Source: a virus (Duplodnaviria > Caudoviricetes). Taken from it: 64,000 nt of DNA. Every line of letters starts with the position of its first letter. Position 1 is the stretch's first letter. The notes beneath the pieces were generated by a model, which worked only from the letters and a program-made list of their open reading frames with translations, did not search any database and was not told the DNA's origin. The stretch is from the IMG/VR virus record IMGVR_UViG_3300029288_000151, positions 10,666 to 74,665 of that record. One strand, written 5' to 3'. Shown piece by piece: positions 30,605 to 40,162 of the stretch. Made by a program: the position numbers and the translations under genes.

Positions 30605-31264
30605 TTATAGAGGCTGCGAAATCATACCGGTCGTAAGATTTATGTTCGCCTCATATCGCCAAGGAACGATTCCATGAGCGAGGAAAGTGTAGCTATGTTC
30701 TGATACGATGTCATCAATGCTGACGCCGTAACCAGAGTTCATAAGCTCGACACCAAGAATCTGCATGGAGGCTACTGCCCCATACTCGTTGGCCGCTGCC
30801 AGAACAACATCAAACGGAGGGATCTGGTCAACATACCAAGGATGAGCAAGTTCTTGATCGCTCCAAACGGTTGTCAGTTCGCTTTCCTGTAACTGGGCAG
30901 GAAGACCAGCTGCGTTTCCGCTTCCGGTACCAGCGACTGCCGCCGTAGGATTTGTCACGTTGGTTGTCAGAGCATAGTCTGGCCTCAGATCGTCGGTGTC
31001 CGACAGGAACCGAAGATTCTTAAGCTCGTCAAGCAGGGGCTCGCTATCGAACTGGATGAATACCAGACTTCCTGCGATCCCTCGTTTGCCTCTAGCAACA
31101 GCTCGCATATCGGCACTGCCCATTGTGTAGATGGGCGCCTTTTCGCGAGTGACGCTGTAGCTAATGCCCTGAAGCGTACCAATCGTTTTCGAACCAAAAA
31201 CAGCCTTAATGTCTACACCCGAAAAGCTGTTGTGGCCTCTAGTGAATTCGCTTTGAATTGCCAT
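30605..31264 (-). CDS. Major tail tube protein
   Basis: Directly after the sheath; AGGAGGT RBS; tube-type motifs. Confidence 0.85.
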   Translation of the reverse strand: MAIQSEFTRGHNSFSGVDIKAVFGSKTIGTLQGISYSVTREKAPIYTMGSADMRAVARGKRGIAGSLVFIQFDSEPLLDELKNLRFLSDTDDLRPDYALTTNVTNPTAAVAGTGSGNAAGLPAQLQESELTTVWSDQELAHPWYVDQIPPFDVVLAAANEYGAVASMQILGVELMNSGYGVSIDDIVSEHSYTFLAHGIVPWRYEANINLTTGMISQPL

Positions 31265-31286
31265 TAAGAAACAACCTCCTCGCTAC

Positions 31287-33209
31287 TTATTCCTTTGCGA
31301 GCGAAATGCTCACATTGATTTCTCGCAGTTCGAAGGCGGGTACCAGAGTAAGCGCCACATCCGCTTTCCCGGCAACACGCATGTCCGGAGTCTGATAGAT
31401 TTCGAACTCGCGATATGCAGTCAAGAACCCTGCTTTCTTCGCACGAAGCAGGACACCATCAACAGCCGAATGCATTGCGCTGCGCTGAGCATCCGAGGTC
31501 CCTTCGCCGATGAACGGGTCAAGAACTTCACGGACTGCATCAATAACGTTCTTCACGATACGGATCGTGCTCAAACGCTTATAGTCTGAACCAGGCAGAG
31601 ATGCCGTTGGGGCATCAGCGATTACAACTCCCTGCGGCTTCTCGCGAAGAGCAACGTACCCGCGCTTCGCAAGGAGGTCCAGTTTCCGAACGCCGATCTT
31701 GTAGTACAGCTGCACACCAACAACCGACTTGTTCGTTGGGGCACTGGAAGGAGACAGCGAGTAATACATACCGGCATAACTCGGGGCATAGGTCCCGATG
31801 TAACCCGCGCCGCCTGCAACATAATCATTGCGGAGAACCGGCCAGTCAACAACAACACTCAGGAACTTCCCGAGGTCGATTGGCTGATCGTTATCATCTG
31901 TTGCCTCTTCGTCTCCATCAAGCCATTCTGTCGTAGTGGCGATAAACCCGCCACCGTAAACACCACTGCGGTAACCATAAGAGCCAGCCATGTAGCGGTT
32001 ACCAAGGAGCCCAGAACCGTTATCCGAAGCGGAGTCAACGGTATAAGCACCAGTGACGTTATTGACAGTATAGGTTGGCTCTTCGCCAAGCCATGCTGCC
32101 ATATCGGCAAGGCTAGGAGAATTGAACGGACGGACACCGATTACGCCAGTAGCATCAACGTTATTGGTGCTGTAGTCGAACATGAAGTATCCGAGCTGAT
32201 GAGCAAAATTGACCTGGTGCCAATCTGCACTTGTAATGGCCGTACCGTCGATCTTGGTTGTTGCCGAAGCAGAACCAATGCCAGCCGGGAAGATGTCTGC
32301 TGTAGCATTCCCTGCGCCAGCAACCGTCTGGAACTTCCACCACCAGTAGTAAACTCCCTGATACTCTTCCATATAAGCGAGACCGAGAGAGTCAACACTT
32401 GTCCCTGGAGTATTGTCGCCGTAATCCGGATAAGAGTTAGCCCCATTATCCGAGTATGGCCGATCAGAACCGTTCCCCTCGTCAGTGAGGTTTAGGTCAT
32501 CCATGTAGACATCCATCGGAATACAGATATCGAATTCGTATTCTGCGAGGAGTTTATAGGCCCGGTAAAGCTTCTCGTACATTTCCATTCTGGAAAGGTT
32601 GAGCCCATCCGTCCCAGCCGTATAAGAATAATCACTCGTCGCCGGAGTAAGATCGATGATGTCTTCCAGAACTACTGGAGTCGATGCTGTTCCGATATCA
32701 TCCCAAGAACCAGTCGCCCGATAACCAGAAACAGTAACATCAAAAGTATTGATCGGAGCCGTCTTGTCGTTGTCGTACACAACTGAATCATCTTCTGTGT
32801 TGTATACAACCAAACGATCCGTTGTGTCGTCGTAGTAAACAGAGTACGCCGCCCCGGCAGTATCGTCCTGATCCGAGGTCTCAATTGTATAACCAGTGCC
32901 AAGAGTGGCCTGGCCGCCAATACCAGAAACGATTGCAGACGTTGCTCCAATTCGGAACAGAATTACGTCTTTAGCTCCAGCCTTTTTAACCTCATAAAGG
33001 CCGCGAACCAGAGTGCCATCTGTGCTGAAAGTAGTCCGAGCGAGATGGGTTGACCGTACGTAATACGGAGTCTCTCCTGGTCCCGAAGAAGCGGTTCCAA
33101 TGATGAGAATACCCTTTGTCGAATCCAAACTTTCCGGCGCGAGATTACCGTCGTTCTTTAGAACCTTTACCCCCGGAAGATATTCAAGCTTTGGAATCCC
33201 TGTGGACAT
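31287..33209 (-). CDS. Tail sheath protein
   Basis: C-terminal sheath motifs (DAPT...YKRLSTIRIV...DPFIGE...LVPAFELREINVSI); N-terminal ILIIGTASSGP. Confidence 0.92.
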   Translation of the reverse strand: MSTGIPKLEYLPGVKVLKNDGNLAPESLDSTKGILIIGTASSGPGETPYYVRSTHLARTTFSTDGTLVRGLYEVKKAGAKDVILFRIGATSAIVSGIGGQATLGTGYTIETSDQDDTAGAAYSVYYDDTTDRLVVYNTEDDSVVYDNDKTAPINTFDVTVSGYRATGSWDDIGTASTPVVLEDIIDLTPATSDYSYTAGTDGLNLSRMEMYEKLYRAYKLLAEYEFDICIPMDVYMDDLNLTDEGNGSDRPYSDNGANSYPDYGDNTPGTSVDSLGLAYMEEYQGVYYWWWKFQTVAGAGNATADIFPAGIGSASATTKIDGTAITSADWHQVNFAHQLGYFMFDYSTNNVDATGVIGVRPFNSPSLADMAAWLGEEPTYTVNNVTGAYTVDSASDNGSGLLGNRYMAGSYGYRSGVYGGGFIATTTEWLDGDEEATDDNDQPIDLGKFLSVVVDWPVLRNDYVAGGAGYIGTYAPSYAGMYYSLSPSSAPTNKSVVGVQLYYKIGVRKLDLLAKRGYVALREKPQGVVIADAPTASLPGSDYKRLSTIRIVKNVIDAVREVLDPFIGEGTSDAQRSAMHSAVDGVLLRAKKAGFLTAYREFEIYQTPDMRVAGKADVALTLVPAFELREINVSISLAKE

Positions 33210-33222
33210 TTATAACCTCCTA

Positions 33223-33927
33223 TTAATCCGTCTCTTCTGAAGTCACATTGACATTAAGAGAGATCTCTTTCAGTTCCTGTGAGGAGAGATGAGCAGTGTC
33301 TTCTGACCGCACATAATAGATCAATGGATAACTTGTTATATCCAACCCATCGATCTTTGTTCTATCTCTATTCCCCATTCCTTCCTCAATCACTAAAAAT
33401 CCTTTCGCCTTAAAATACCAATTATATGAGTCCATTAACTTTGAGAACCAAAGCGCCCTTTTCCTGGCCTGCTTATTGGTTCTCGCATAAACGCGAAACT
33501 TAATATAATTATCGTACATTTTGCCCATAGTTACCAACTTTTCACCAATATGCTCTGGATGGTCTACAATGCTTCTTATATGGGCGCGTACCTCTTTATG
33601 TCCAGGAGCCCCCGTCGATCCTTTACTATACAGCCCAGGAGTTCTTGAATGAATCTCAAAGGTTATAGTCTCTGTGTCTAGTTTCTCCGGGGGATCTTCC
33701 TCTACAAACATAACTACTTTATCGTCCGCAATTCCCTCTGTCTTCTGCTTTGAAAATATCGCAGCATGAACAAGGGGGAAAAACTCATTCAGGTCGCGGG
33801 CGAGAGGTTTTCTCTGATCCTGATTTATCTGTTGCGACATCTGATTGATATAAATCTCAACGATATCATGCGAAGTTTCCGCACTGAGATCAGGAAGAGT
33901 ATTCATATTGTCAGTGTGTGTCACCAC
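33223..33927 (-). CDS. Putative tail terminator/neck protein
   Basis: Immediately upstream of the sheath; YDNYIKFRVYARTNKQARKRALWF pattern. Confidence 0.6.
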   Translation of the reverse strand: MVTHTDNMNTLPDLSAETSHDIVEIYINQMSQQINQDQRKPLARDLNEFFPLVHAAIFSKQKTEGIADDKVVMFVEEDPPEKLDTETITFEIHSRTPGLYSKGSTGAPGHKEVRAHIRSIVDHPEHIGEKLVTMGKMYDNYIKFRVYARTNKQARKRALWFSKLMDSYNWYFKAKGFLVIEEGMGNRDRTKIDGLDITSYPLIYYVRSEDTAHLSSQELKEISLNVNVTSEETD

Positions 33928-33937
33928 TAAATAAATC

Positions 33938-34492
33938 CTATGGTATCATCGGTCTGTTCGTTCTAGAATTCACACCATACCAAACAGACCATTGCCTCTC
34001 TTCTTGCGTCTTGCAACGCCAATATTCGATCCTTCCATTGTCGGATCGAAACGCCTCGGCTTTCAATATCTTATATAGATATTCTCTTTGAACTGGGGCG
34101 GCAGGATTGCCATCTACATCTAATTTGACTTGGACGATATAATCTTCGTCCCTCAGTTCTTCCGAATACTTTATGTAAAAGTTCAATTCTCCCGTGGGAG
34201 TACGCGAACTCTCATCCTTATAATACACTATTCTATATTCGTCCCAAAGAAAGCCCATCCCCTGGCACGGCCTACAAAGGAAGTCTTTCTCAGCTTCATC
34301 AGAAACATTCTTCTTGCACTCGCAAACGACTCTCTTGTCACTATCATCGCGCCGCATTTCGCGGTACAAACCTACTCTACCTTTAGCGATCTCGTCGAAA
34401 GCGCCAAATAAGGTTCCCTGTAACTCCGCTCTCAGATCGATCTCTTTAGGAGTACTCGTTGTAGAAGAATAATAAACAGGAGAACGAGGCAT
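33938..34492 (-). CDS. Putative head closure/neck protein
   Basis: CxC...CxxCxGxG motif (CECK...CRPCQGMG); neck position. Confidence 0.6.
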   Translation of the reverse strand: MPRSPVYYSSTTSTPKEIDLRAELQGTLFGAFDEIAKGRVGLYREMRRDDSDKRVVCECKKNVSDEAEKDFLCRPCQGMGFLWDEYRIVYYKDESSRTPTGELNFYIKYSEELRDEDYIVQVKLDVDGNPAAPVQREYLYKILKAEAFRSDNGRIEYWRCKTQEERQWSVWYGVNSRTNRPMIP

Positions 34493-34494
34493 GG

Positions 34495-35556
34495 TTAATC
34501 ACTGCCTCTACTTCTAAAAGTCCTTAGCCTGCGCCTTGGAGCTTTGTATTTAGAAGTATTGGCGGCTGAAGTTCCACTATTACTGAAGATTCCAGAAGTT
34601 GGCTCCCATTGTCTGCCGACTGATATTACATCGGCTGCCCAAGCTCCTTTAACTGAATAACCAGGTCTTAGACTTGTTTCTGGCGTTACGCCTCCACCAT
34701 TCTGAAGAGCGACTTGCCATCTGGCCACACAGTCCTGGAGCCGATTAAGCTGATCTGAAAGTCTGTTGTAGCCGCCGCCACGGGAAACAGAGAGATCAGC
34801 TAGCGTCTTAGACATCCGATCAGACAGACCAGAGTCTCCCATAAGCCCTTGAACCAACATTGATTCGGCAAGACAAGTTGTGTATTCGCGCCGAGCACTC
34901 TTGAAATAATCCTCGTTTACGTACCCAATTGAAGAGAAGAAGTCGTTTACTTCTGCCTGTAGACTCGCTTCAAGGATGGCTAAATAAATAGTCTCATCTG
35001 GCACATCTGTGACCATGGCTCCAAGATCAAGTCTTATCCGCCGCAAAGAAGAGTAAAGGGGGTCATATGTCGTAGTGAAGTAATAGAAGACTTCATCACC
35101 AAGAGTAGAACCATCTGTGGCCGCGATGTTCTCAGATAGGGTCAAGTATACGATATTATTATCATAAAGCTGCGTCGTCCCTACAGACCCACCGCCGACA
35201 ATAGTAAAAGAGAACGTCGAATCTAGCTCTTCTAAATCTACTGTCCCCTCCCAACGATCAAATCCGGCTCCAAGTTCAGAGTCCTCTGGGATCAGGAAAG
35301 TAAACGTATATTTGCCTGCAGATTCTCTGACCGCCAGACGCAGAGGATCTGCGTATGGACCTTCTCCGCCACTAGTTAGGGAGACATTATAGACCCAAGC
35401 GTCGTCAGTAGTTACATCAGGATCTTCTGGGTCTTTGCCAGGCGGGTAGACCGAAATCAATAGGTCAGAAGGATCTGTATAACTTAGATTCGCATCTAAG
35501 AAATGGGCAGAGAGGACAATATTAGAGCCACGCAAAGCTGAGTGTCTTCCTGACAT
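34495..35556 (-). CDS. Putative head-tail adaptor with N-terminal beta-sandwich
   Basis: C-terminal helical adaptor-like part (YSSLRRIRLDLG...RREYTTCLA...KTLADLSVS); neck position. Confidence 0.6.
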   Translation of the reverse strand: MSGRHSALRGSNIVLSAHFLDANLSYTDPSDLLISVYPPGKDPEDPDVTTDDAWVYNVSLTSGGEGPYADPLRLAVRESAGKYTFTFLIPEDSELGAGFDRWEGTVDLEELDSTFSFTIVGGGSVGTTQLYDNNIVYLTLSENIAATDGSTLGDEVFYYFTTTYDPLYSSLRRIRLDLGAMVTDVPDETIYLAILEASLQAEVNDFFSSIGYVNEDYFKSARREYTTCLAESMLVQGLMGDSGLSDRMSKTLADLSVSRGGGYNRLSDQLNRLQDCVARWQVALQNGGGVTPETSLRPGYSVKGAWAADVISVGRQWEPTSGIFSNSGTSAANTSKYKAPRRRLRTFRSRGSD

Positions 35557-35571
35557 TTTTCCTCTTTAAGC

Positions 35572-36045
35572 CTAGTCGCCCGGTATTATTTTGGGCCGCG
35601 CAAGCGCTATGTCTTCTAATTTATTTACTAACTCTCCCATTGTACCATCTTCTTGATGCTGATTAGAAACCTCGTCCCATACAGCATCGGCGACATCACG
35701 GACAACTAATTCTTCTTGAGCAATGTAGGTATTTGTGGCATCAGAGAGAGAATACTCAACCAAATATTGTCCTGATTCTAATTCTTCCGGTTCCCAAAAA
35801 TATCTCCATGTCGTTCCGCTAATCAAGGACAGCGCCGTTGGCTCTAAGTCAACAACGTCATCCCCTTCCTCGTCTACATGGTAAACTCTTACAGTGGCCC
35901 CAGTAAAACCCGTAGCTCCAGTGTCGCCAGTGTCTCCACGAAGGCCAGTGGGACCTGTGGCCCCTTGGCTTCCAGTAGCACCAGTCGGGCCAATTGGCCC
36001 AGTCGCTCCTGTTGGAGCAGGACCAAATTTAGAGACTATTGCCAT
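35572..36045 (-). CDS. Collagen-repeat structural protein
   Basis: 13 consecutive G-X-Y triplets, then a domain similar to the adjacent 123-aa protein. Confidence 0.75.
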   Translation of the reverse strand: MAIVSKFGPAPTGATGPIGPTGATGSQGATGPTGLRGDTGDTGATGFTGATVRVYHVDEEGDDVVDLEPTALSLISGTTWRYFWEPEELESGQYLVEYSLSDATNTYIAQEELVVRDVADAVWDEVSNQHQEDGTMGELVNKLEDIALARPKIIPGD

Positions 36046-36048
36046 CTG

Positions 36049-36420
36049 TTAAAAGTTATTCCTTCTAATTAAAATCCTAAAAATCCTTTCAAAATCAGCA
36101 GCTAAGTCTTCCTCTGTTAAATCGTCTCTTACGATTATGTCTTCAGAAGTCCGACTTTCTTTCGCGTCTTCATCAACAAGGTAGTATTCGGCGACATACT
36201 CCCCAACAGCTAATGAGACTGGCTCCCATAAGTATCTCCAAACGTTTGCTTCCTCTACTTGCGTCAATGCTGTAGCGGCTAAACTCTCAATTTCTACTCC
36301 TGTCATTAAAGAATAAACTCGAACCGTGCCACTAACAATGTTTGTTTTTGGGGTGCCGTCAACATCAGAGACATAAGTCTGCAGAACAACAAAATCTGGA
36401 TCTGGAGATAATATAAGCAT
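36049..36420 (-). CDS. Small beta-sandwich structural protein (paralog of the neighbour's C-terminal domain)
   Basis: TVRVY...WRYLWEP..L..GEY..EY...IVRD is shared with 35572..36045. Confidence 0.65.
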   Translation of the reverse strand: MLILSPDPDFVVLQTYVSDVDGTPKTNIVSGTVRVYSLMTGVEIESLAATALTQVEEANVWRYLWEPVSLAVGEYVAEYYLVDEDAKESRTSEDIIVRDDLTEEDLAADFERIFRILIRRNNF

Positions 36421-36447
36421 ATCCTATTATACCGTAAAGATTATATT

Positions 36448-36757
36448 TTATGCGCGAGTGCGCCCACGCACCAGCAGGATGTAATCATCTGTTGACTTGT
36501 AATTGGAATCCCATTTTGCGCCATCCCAATTAAATCTCTCAATCCTTTGTATTTTGACCAAATCACTAAATCTTAACCGAACCATTTTCTCGTTATATGT
36601 CCTCAAATGAGACGGATCTTTAAAACTTGGCACAGAGAAAACAACATCAGAATTAGGAGGTAGCCGCATCAGCAAAGCTCGATCGTCTAAATGTTCGAGA
36701 GCTTCCAATATTACATAAGTGTCGTAGCCATAAAGATCTTTTGCAAAAACGTCTCGC
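36448..36757 (-). pseudogene. C-terminal fragment of a SAM-dependent methyltransferase-like protein
   Basis: Frame reads RDVFAKDLYGYDTYVILEALEHLDD...VVFSVPSF...HLRTY. No GxGxG motif I and no proper start; joined out of frame to the GT2 fragment. Confidence 0.6.
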
Positions 36758-36986
36758 CTGTACAGTTAGACAACGAGAAATTGCGAGCAGCAGCATAATC
36801 ATCAATCCATGGGAATTTATAAATTTTTGCGCCAAACTCAGCAGCAATTTCCATGCTTCGATCTGGTGGATCTTCTGGCAAACTAGTATCAACAACGATT
36901 AGTTCGTCTGCGCCCACAACAGACTTTAGGGCGGCAGCCAGGCATGACTCTTCTCCGCGAACAATCATACTTATATTTAACTTCAT
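36711..36986 (-). pseudogene. N-terminal fragment of a family 2 glycosyltransferase
   Basis: ISMIVRGEE...LKSV...DELIVVDT...WIDDYAAARNFSLSNCTG, then stops before the expected W-I-L-x-L-D-A-D-E (DxD) segment. Confidence 0.75.
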
Positions 36987-37090
36987 CTATCTGCCTTGGC
37001 CTTAAGTTATCTTAAATAAACGGGACCCACGAGGAAAGTCTAAAACTGCCCTGCGTAAAATGCAAGCAGGAACACATCCATGTCAGCACG

Positions 37091-38248
37091 TCACGTCAAC
37101 TCATACGCATCGACAATCACATACGTGTCCTGCGCTACATGCTCCGCATTACCGCCAATCAATAGATAATTGTACCCGGTCGCTGATAAATAAGCGGTTG
37201 CCTTGTTGATCGTTCGCAACGTAAGCCATGTTTGCCCGTCCATGGACACCTGCTCCGTTAAGGTTCCGACCGATGGCGTTGCGCCGTCCGTGTCCGTAAT
37301 CCGCATCCAAAGCGGTGTTTTGAACCAATTTGTCATCATAGCTGCTTCCGGCCCGCCGGAGGTTTGGTTGGCCATATCGAAATAGCGTAGACCCCAACTG
37401 TCTCGACTGTCATATTGAAAAATGCTCAGCCGTGCGCTTGCCCCTGTGGCCCCCTTCCATCCAATGCAACCAGACTTGTACTGCGCATTTAACGTTAAAA
37501 TTCGCATCCGTACCGTCAGCGTATAGGCGGAGGTCGGAACCGGTAGGATCAGATGCCGCACATTCAACGATGTCGATGCTGGGACGTATAAAGTTACCGA
37601 CGATCCCGTCTGCGTCAGCGTCGATCCTCCCTGGTTGTCCCACGCCCAACCATCTGCCAGGAACGCGGTCAAGTTCACACCCGTTCCTGTGGATGCCAAT
37701 CCCGCCGCTTGGCTGAATGTACACAGTGAACTTCCCAACGTCGCCGCTCCTGCATTGGTGATCTCCATGGCACCCGCATCTGCACTTACCCCCAGAACTG
37801 TACCGAGCCCAGGCGTCGTTGGGATCGCCCCGTCCACGTAGTTCTTCGTCGCGGCGTCCTGCGCCCCACTCGGGTCTACCACATCCGTGATGCGCTTCGT
37901 CCCTGCGCTATTCCCAGCAGTCAGTACTGCCGCCAAAGCCGGAGTCGTAGGCATTGCAGAGTCCACGTAGTTCTTCGTCGCGGCGTCCTGCGCCCCACTC
38001 GGGTCTACCACATCCGTGATGCGCTTCGTCCCTGCGCTATTCCCAGCAGTCAGTACTGCCGCCAAAGCCGGAGTCGTAGGCATTGCAGAGTCCACGTAGT
38101 TCTTGGTCGCTGCGCTCTGCGCTGTTGTTGGGTCTGCGATATTCTCAATCTCAAGCGCGCCGCCATCATTGCCGGTAGTTAATACTTGACTTAGCGTCCC
38201 AACTCCTCCGCTAGGAGTCACTGTCCCAAATTTGGCTTCTGCTGTCAT
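37091..38248 (-). CDS. Fibre/receptor-binding protein: repeated shaft motif plus ConA-like beta-sandwich tip
   Basis: DAATKNYVD fibre repeats; the C-terminal WMRITDTDG...QVSMDGQTW pattern is typical of ConA-like domains; visibly higher GC than flanks. Confidence 0.7.
   Translation of the reverse strand: MTAEAKFGTVTPSGGVGTLSQVLTTGNDGGALEIENIADPTTAQSAATKNYVDSAMPTTPALAAVLTAGNSAGTKRITDVVDPSGAQDAATKNYVDSAMPTTPALAAVLTAGNSAGTKRITDVVDPSGAQDAATKNYVDGAIPTTPGLGTVLGVSADAGAMEITNAGAATLGSSLCTFSQAAGLASTGTGVNLTAFLADGWAWDNQGGSTLTQTGSSVTLYVPASTSLNVRHLILPVPTSAYTLTVRMRILTLNAQYKSGCIGWKGATGASARLSIFQYDSRDSWGLRYFDMANQTSGGPEAAMMTNWFKTPLWMRITDTDGATPSVGTLTEQVSMDGQTWLTLRTINKATAYLSATGYNYLLIGGNAEHVAQDTYVIVDAYELT
37832..38104. 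repeat. Exact 129-bp tandem duplication (two full copies plus 15 bp)
   Basis: GTCCACGTAGTTCTT recurs at 37832, 37961 and 38090 with identical intervening sequence; encodes a 43-aa unit. Confidence 0.95.
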
Positions 38249-38250
38249 AT

Positions 38251-39333
38251 TTAGATTTGTATCGTTAGAGTATCGCCATCAACAGACAATACTTTAGTCA
38301 GCGTCCCGGCCGCAGTAAAAGCATCAGAATCGCCATTTACTGCTTCCGCCCATAACTGTACCGTCTCGTCTGTAATCGTACTGGCGTCCAGTGCCTTGTT
38401 AAATTTAATAACAATCTCCGTGAATTCAGAAGTTGTTATATTCGCCGTCATGTTTTTGGGCGTCACAGAGACAACCTGGAGACCCCCCTCTCCGTCTTCA
38501 ACTAAGGCATCAATCCCTGTCGCCGAGGAAGAAGAAGTCGGGGTAACGATTGCCCCGCTGCCGGTTGTAAAAGACCATTCATAGTTGGCCGCCAGAGTAT
38601 AGTTTGGCATCACTACGACATGGAAAGTATCTCCCGTAGTAAACGCGCCGTCCGGATCACACTCTAGCCAAATACCGTCTTCTATCTCTCTGCGCCCGGT
38701 AGTAGTAACCCCGTAAGATACATTGAGCGGATCATTGTCATCATACCAAAGATACTCGGCTGTCCCTGTGGCCCCGCCACTGGTAATCTCAAGAGTATAA
38801 CCTCTCGTAATTGTTCCGGTATACCCGCCACCAAAAGTCAGTCTCCCGCTACCAGAGACAGACAGAAGCTCTGTATCAAAGACCGTCCTGGTTTTAATTC
38901 CCGGCTTGTAGTCGTCGTCTGTTACTTCGTCTCCGGCCAGAATAACCCTGTATACTACACCAGGAGCCAGTGGCTTAGACGGCGTAAAGATCGCTTTCGT
39001 CTTGAACAGTGTGCCATCGCCAGTATAGTCAGTTATCTCTGTGGTCCCGCCAGAAACATCTAGATGCTCAAAAGAAATTACTCCTTCTACATACCCATCA
39101 AAGTAAGGCGAATTGAATAATTGCTCGTCAATAGCACCTTCTGAATCTTCTGGCTCGAAATCAGGACCAAAGACGAAATTTGTAGAAGGGCCGACAAGAA
39201 CGAAAGTACCCGTATTTATTGTGGTTTCGTCCATCTCTTGGTCGAACATAACCCATACGCGATCTCCTAATGGTATCCCCTGCGCCGATGGCGCTGGGTA
39301 AACATCAAGAATTGACGGTGTCGAATTCGCCAT
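38251..39333 (-). CDS. Virion protein with two bacterial Ig-like (Big_5/SbsA-type) domains
   Basis: PSILDVYPA...VWVMFDQEMDETTIN and LQVVSVTP...IVIKFNKALDASTIT. Confidence 0.75.
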   Translation of the reverse strand: MANSTPSILDVYPAPSAQGIPLGDRVWVMFDQEMDETTINTGTFVLVGPSTNFVFGPDFEPEDSEGAIDEQLFNSPYFDGYVEGVISFEHLDVSGGTTEITDYTGDGTLFKTKAIFTPSKPLAPGVVYRVILAGDEVTDDDYKPGIKTRTVFDTELLSVSGSGRLTFGGGYTGTITRGYTLEITSGGATGTAEYLWYDDNDPLNVSYGVTTTGRREIEDGIWLECDPDGAFTTGDTFHVVVMPNYTLAANYEWSFTTGSGAIVTPTSSSSATGIDALVEDGEGGLQVVSVTPKNMTANITTSEFTEIVIKFNKALDASTITDETVQLWAEAVNGDSDAFTAAGTLTKVLSVDGDTLTIQI

Positions 39334-39335
39334 TA

Positions 39336-39503
39336 TTATTCCTTTATTTCGTTTTGGTCGCCAAATATCGTCTCGAAACTTTCCACGGTAATGTCCTGAA
39401 CTGTTTTCTCTTCGTCTTCCTCAATATCAAGTTCAACTCCATCTATTACAAGCTTTTTCTGCTTAATTGCACGAGCCCTGTCTAAATAAACAAGCTCTCC
39501 CAT
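39336..39503 (-). CDS. 55-aa acidic hypothetical protein (below the ORF-track cutoff)
   Basis: MGELVYLDRARAIKQKK...NEIKE; GGAG RBS; fills the gap with 2-nt spacing on both sides. Confidence 0.7.
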   Translation of the reverse strand: MGELVYLDRARAIKQKKLVIDGVELDIEEDEEKTVQDITVESFETIFGDQNEIKE

Positions 39504-39505
39504 CT

Positions 39506-40054
39506 CTATTCTCCTGACGGCGGGATTGAAATGAATTTGTCTTCTAAAACCCGAAGAATACCATCCCGATTCTTCCCTGCCTTCTCAGCCTCAATGCAGG
39601 CATATACAAACTTTCTAGTCGCGAACGACTGATCCATCGCTTTGATTGTTTTGCGAATCGTATTCCCATTGCGCACCATAAGGGCCCCAGCACGCTCCAG
39701 ATCCTCTTCTGTTGGCGTCAAGTCCTCTACCTTGATAGGAGGAGGCTCGGGCACACAAACAAGCTCTGGAAGGTCTTCTGGCTCCGTAACCGATTCAAAA
39801 TCAGGAATCCCCTGCGCCGGTACAATCTCTGGCGTGTCATTTGGTTCTTCTATCTTGAAATCAGAGCATGGCTCAGTAGTCTCTTTTATAAAAATCACGC
39901 CAAGGGAATGATATTTATCAATACTTCTTTTGGTGACATCAGACAAAGTATCGTAGTCAAAAACCTCTGTCTGCTTATTGTGCGGCCCCAGTTTAATATT
40001 ATTAAAAAACCAAAACGCACCCTTCTTGGCGATGAAAATTCTCACTGGTCTCAT
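39506..40054 (-). CDS. Hypothetical capsid-adjacent protein with small C-terminal helical domain
   Basis: IEAEKAGKNRDGILRVL motif, of a kind often found downstream of major capsid genes; GAGG RBS. Confidence 0.6.
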   Translation of the reverse strand: MRPVRIFIAKKGAFWFFNNIKLGPHNKQTEVFDYDTLSDVTKRSIDKYHSLGVIFIKETTEPCSDFKIEEPNDTPEIVPAQGIPDFESVTEPEDLPELVCVPEPPPIKVEDLTPTEEDLERAGALMVRNGNTIRKTIKAMDQSFATRKFVYACIEAEKAGKNRDGILRVLEDKFISIPPSGE

Positions 40055-40087
40055 TGATTTACCTCGTTCGCCATTAATATGGCAGCC

Positions 40088-40126
40088 AATAAAATAAAAG
40101 GGACTGGACCCTAAGATCCTGTCCCT
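40088..40126 (-). terminator. Intrinsic terminator after the major capsid gene
   Basis: AGGGAC-A-GGATC-TTAG-GGTCC-A-GTCCCT followed by TTTATTTTATT on the minus strand. Confidence 0.85.
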
Positions 40127-40162
40127 CTTATTCTACTTGATTAAGCTGCTATATTACAAGTT

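Noticed and set aside
36987-37090. Possible small ORF or RNA between the GT2 fragment and the fibre gene
   Set aside because: Only very short frames and no convincing stem; cannot support a feature.
37832-38104. CRISPR array or diversity-generating retroelement repeat
   Set aside because: In-frame coding duplication with no spacers and no adenine-specific mismatches; no reverse transcriptase in the window.
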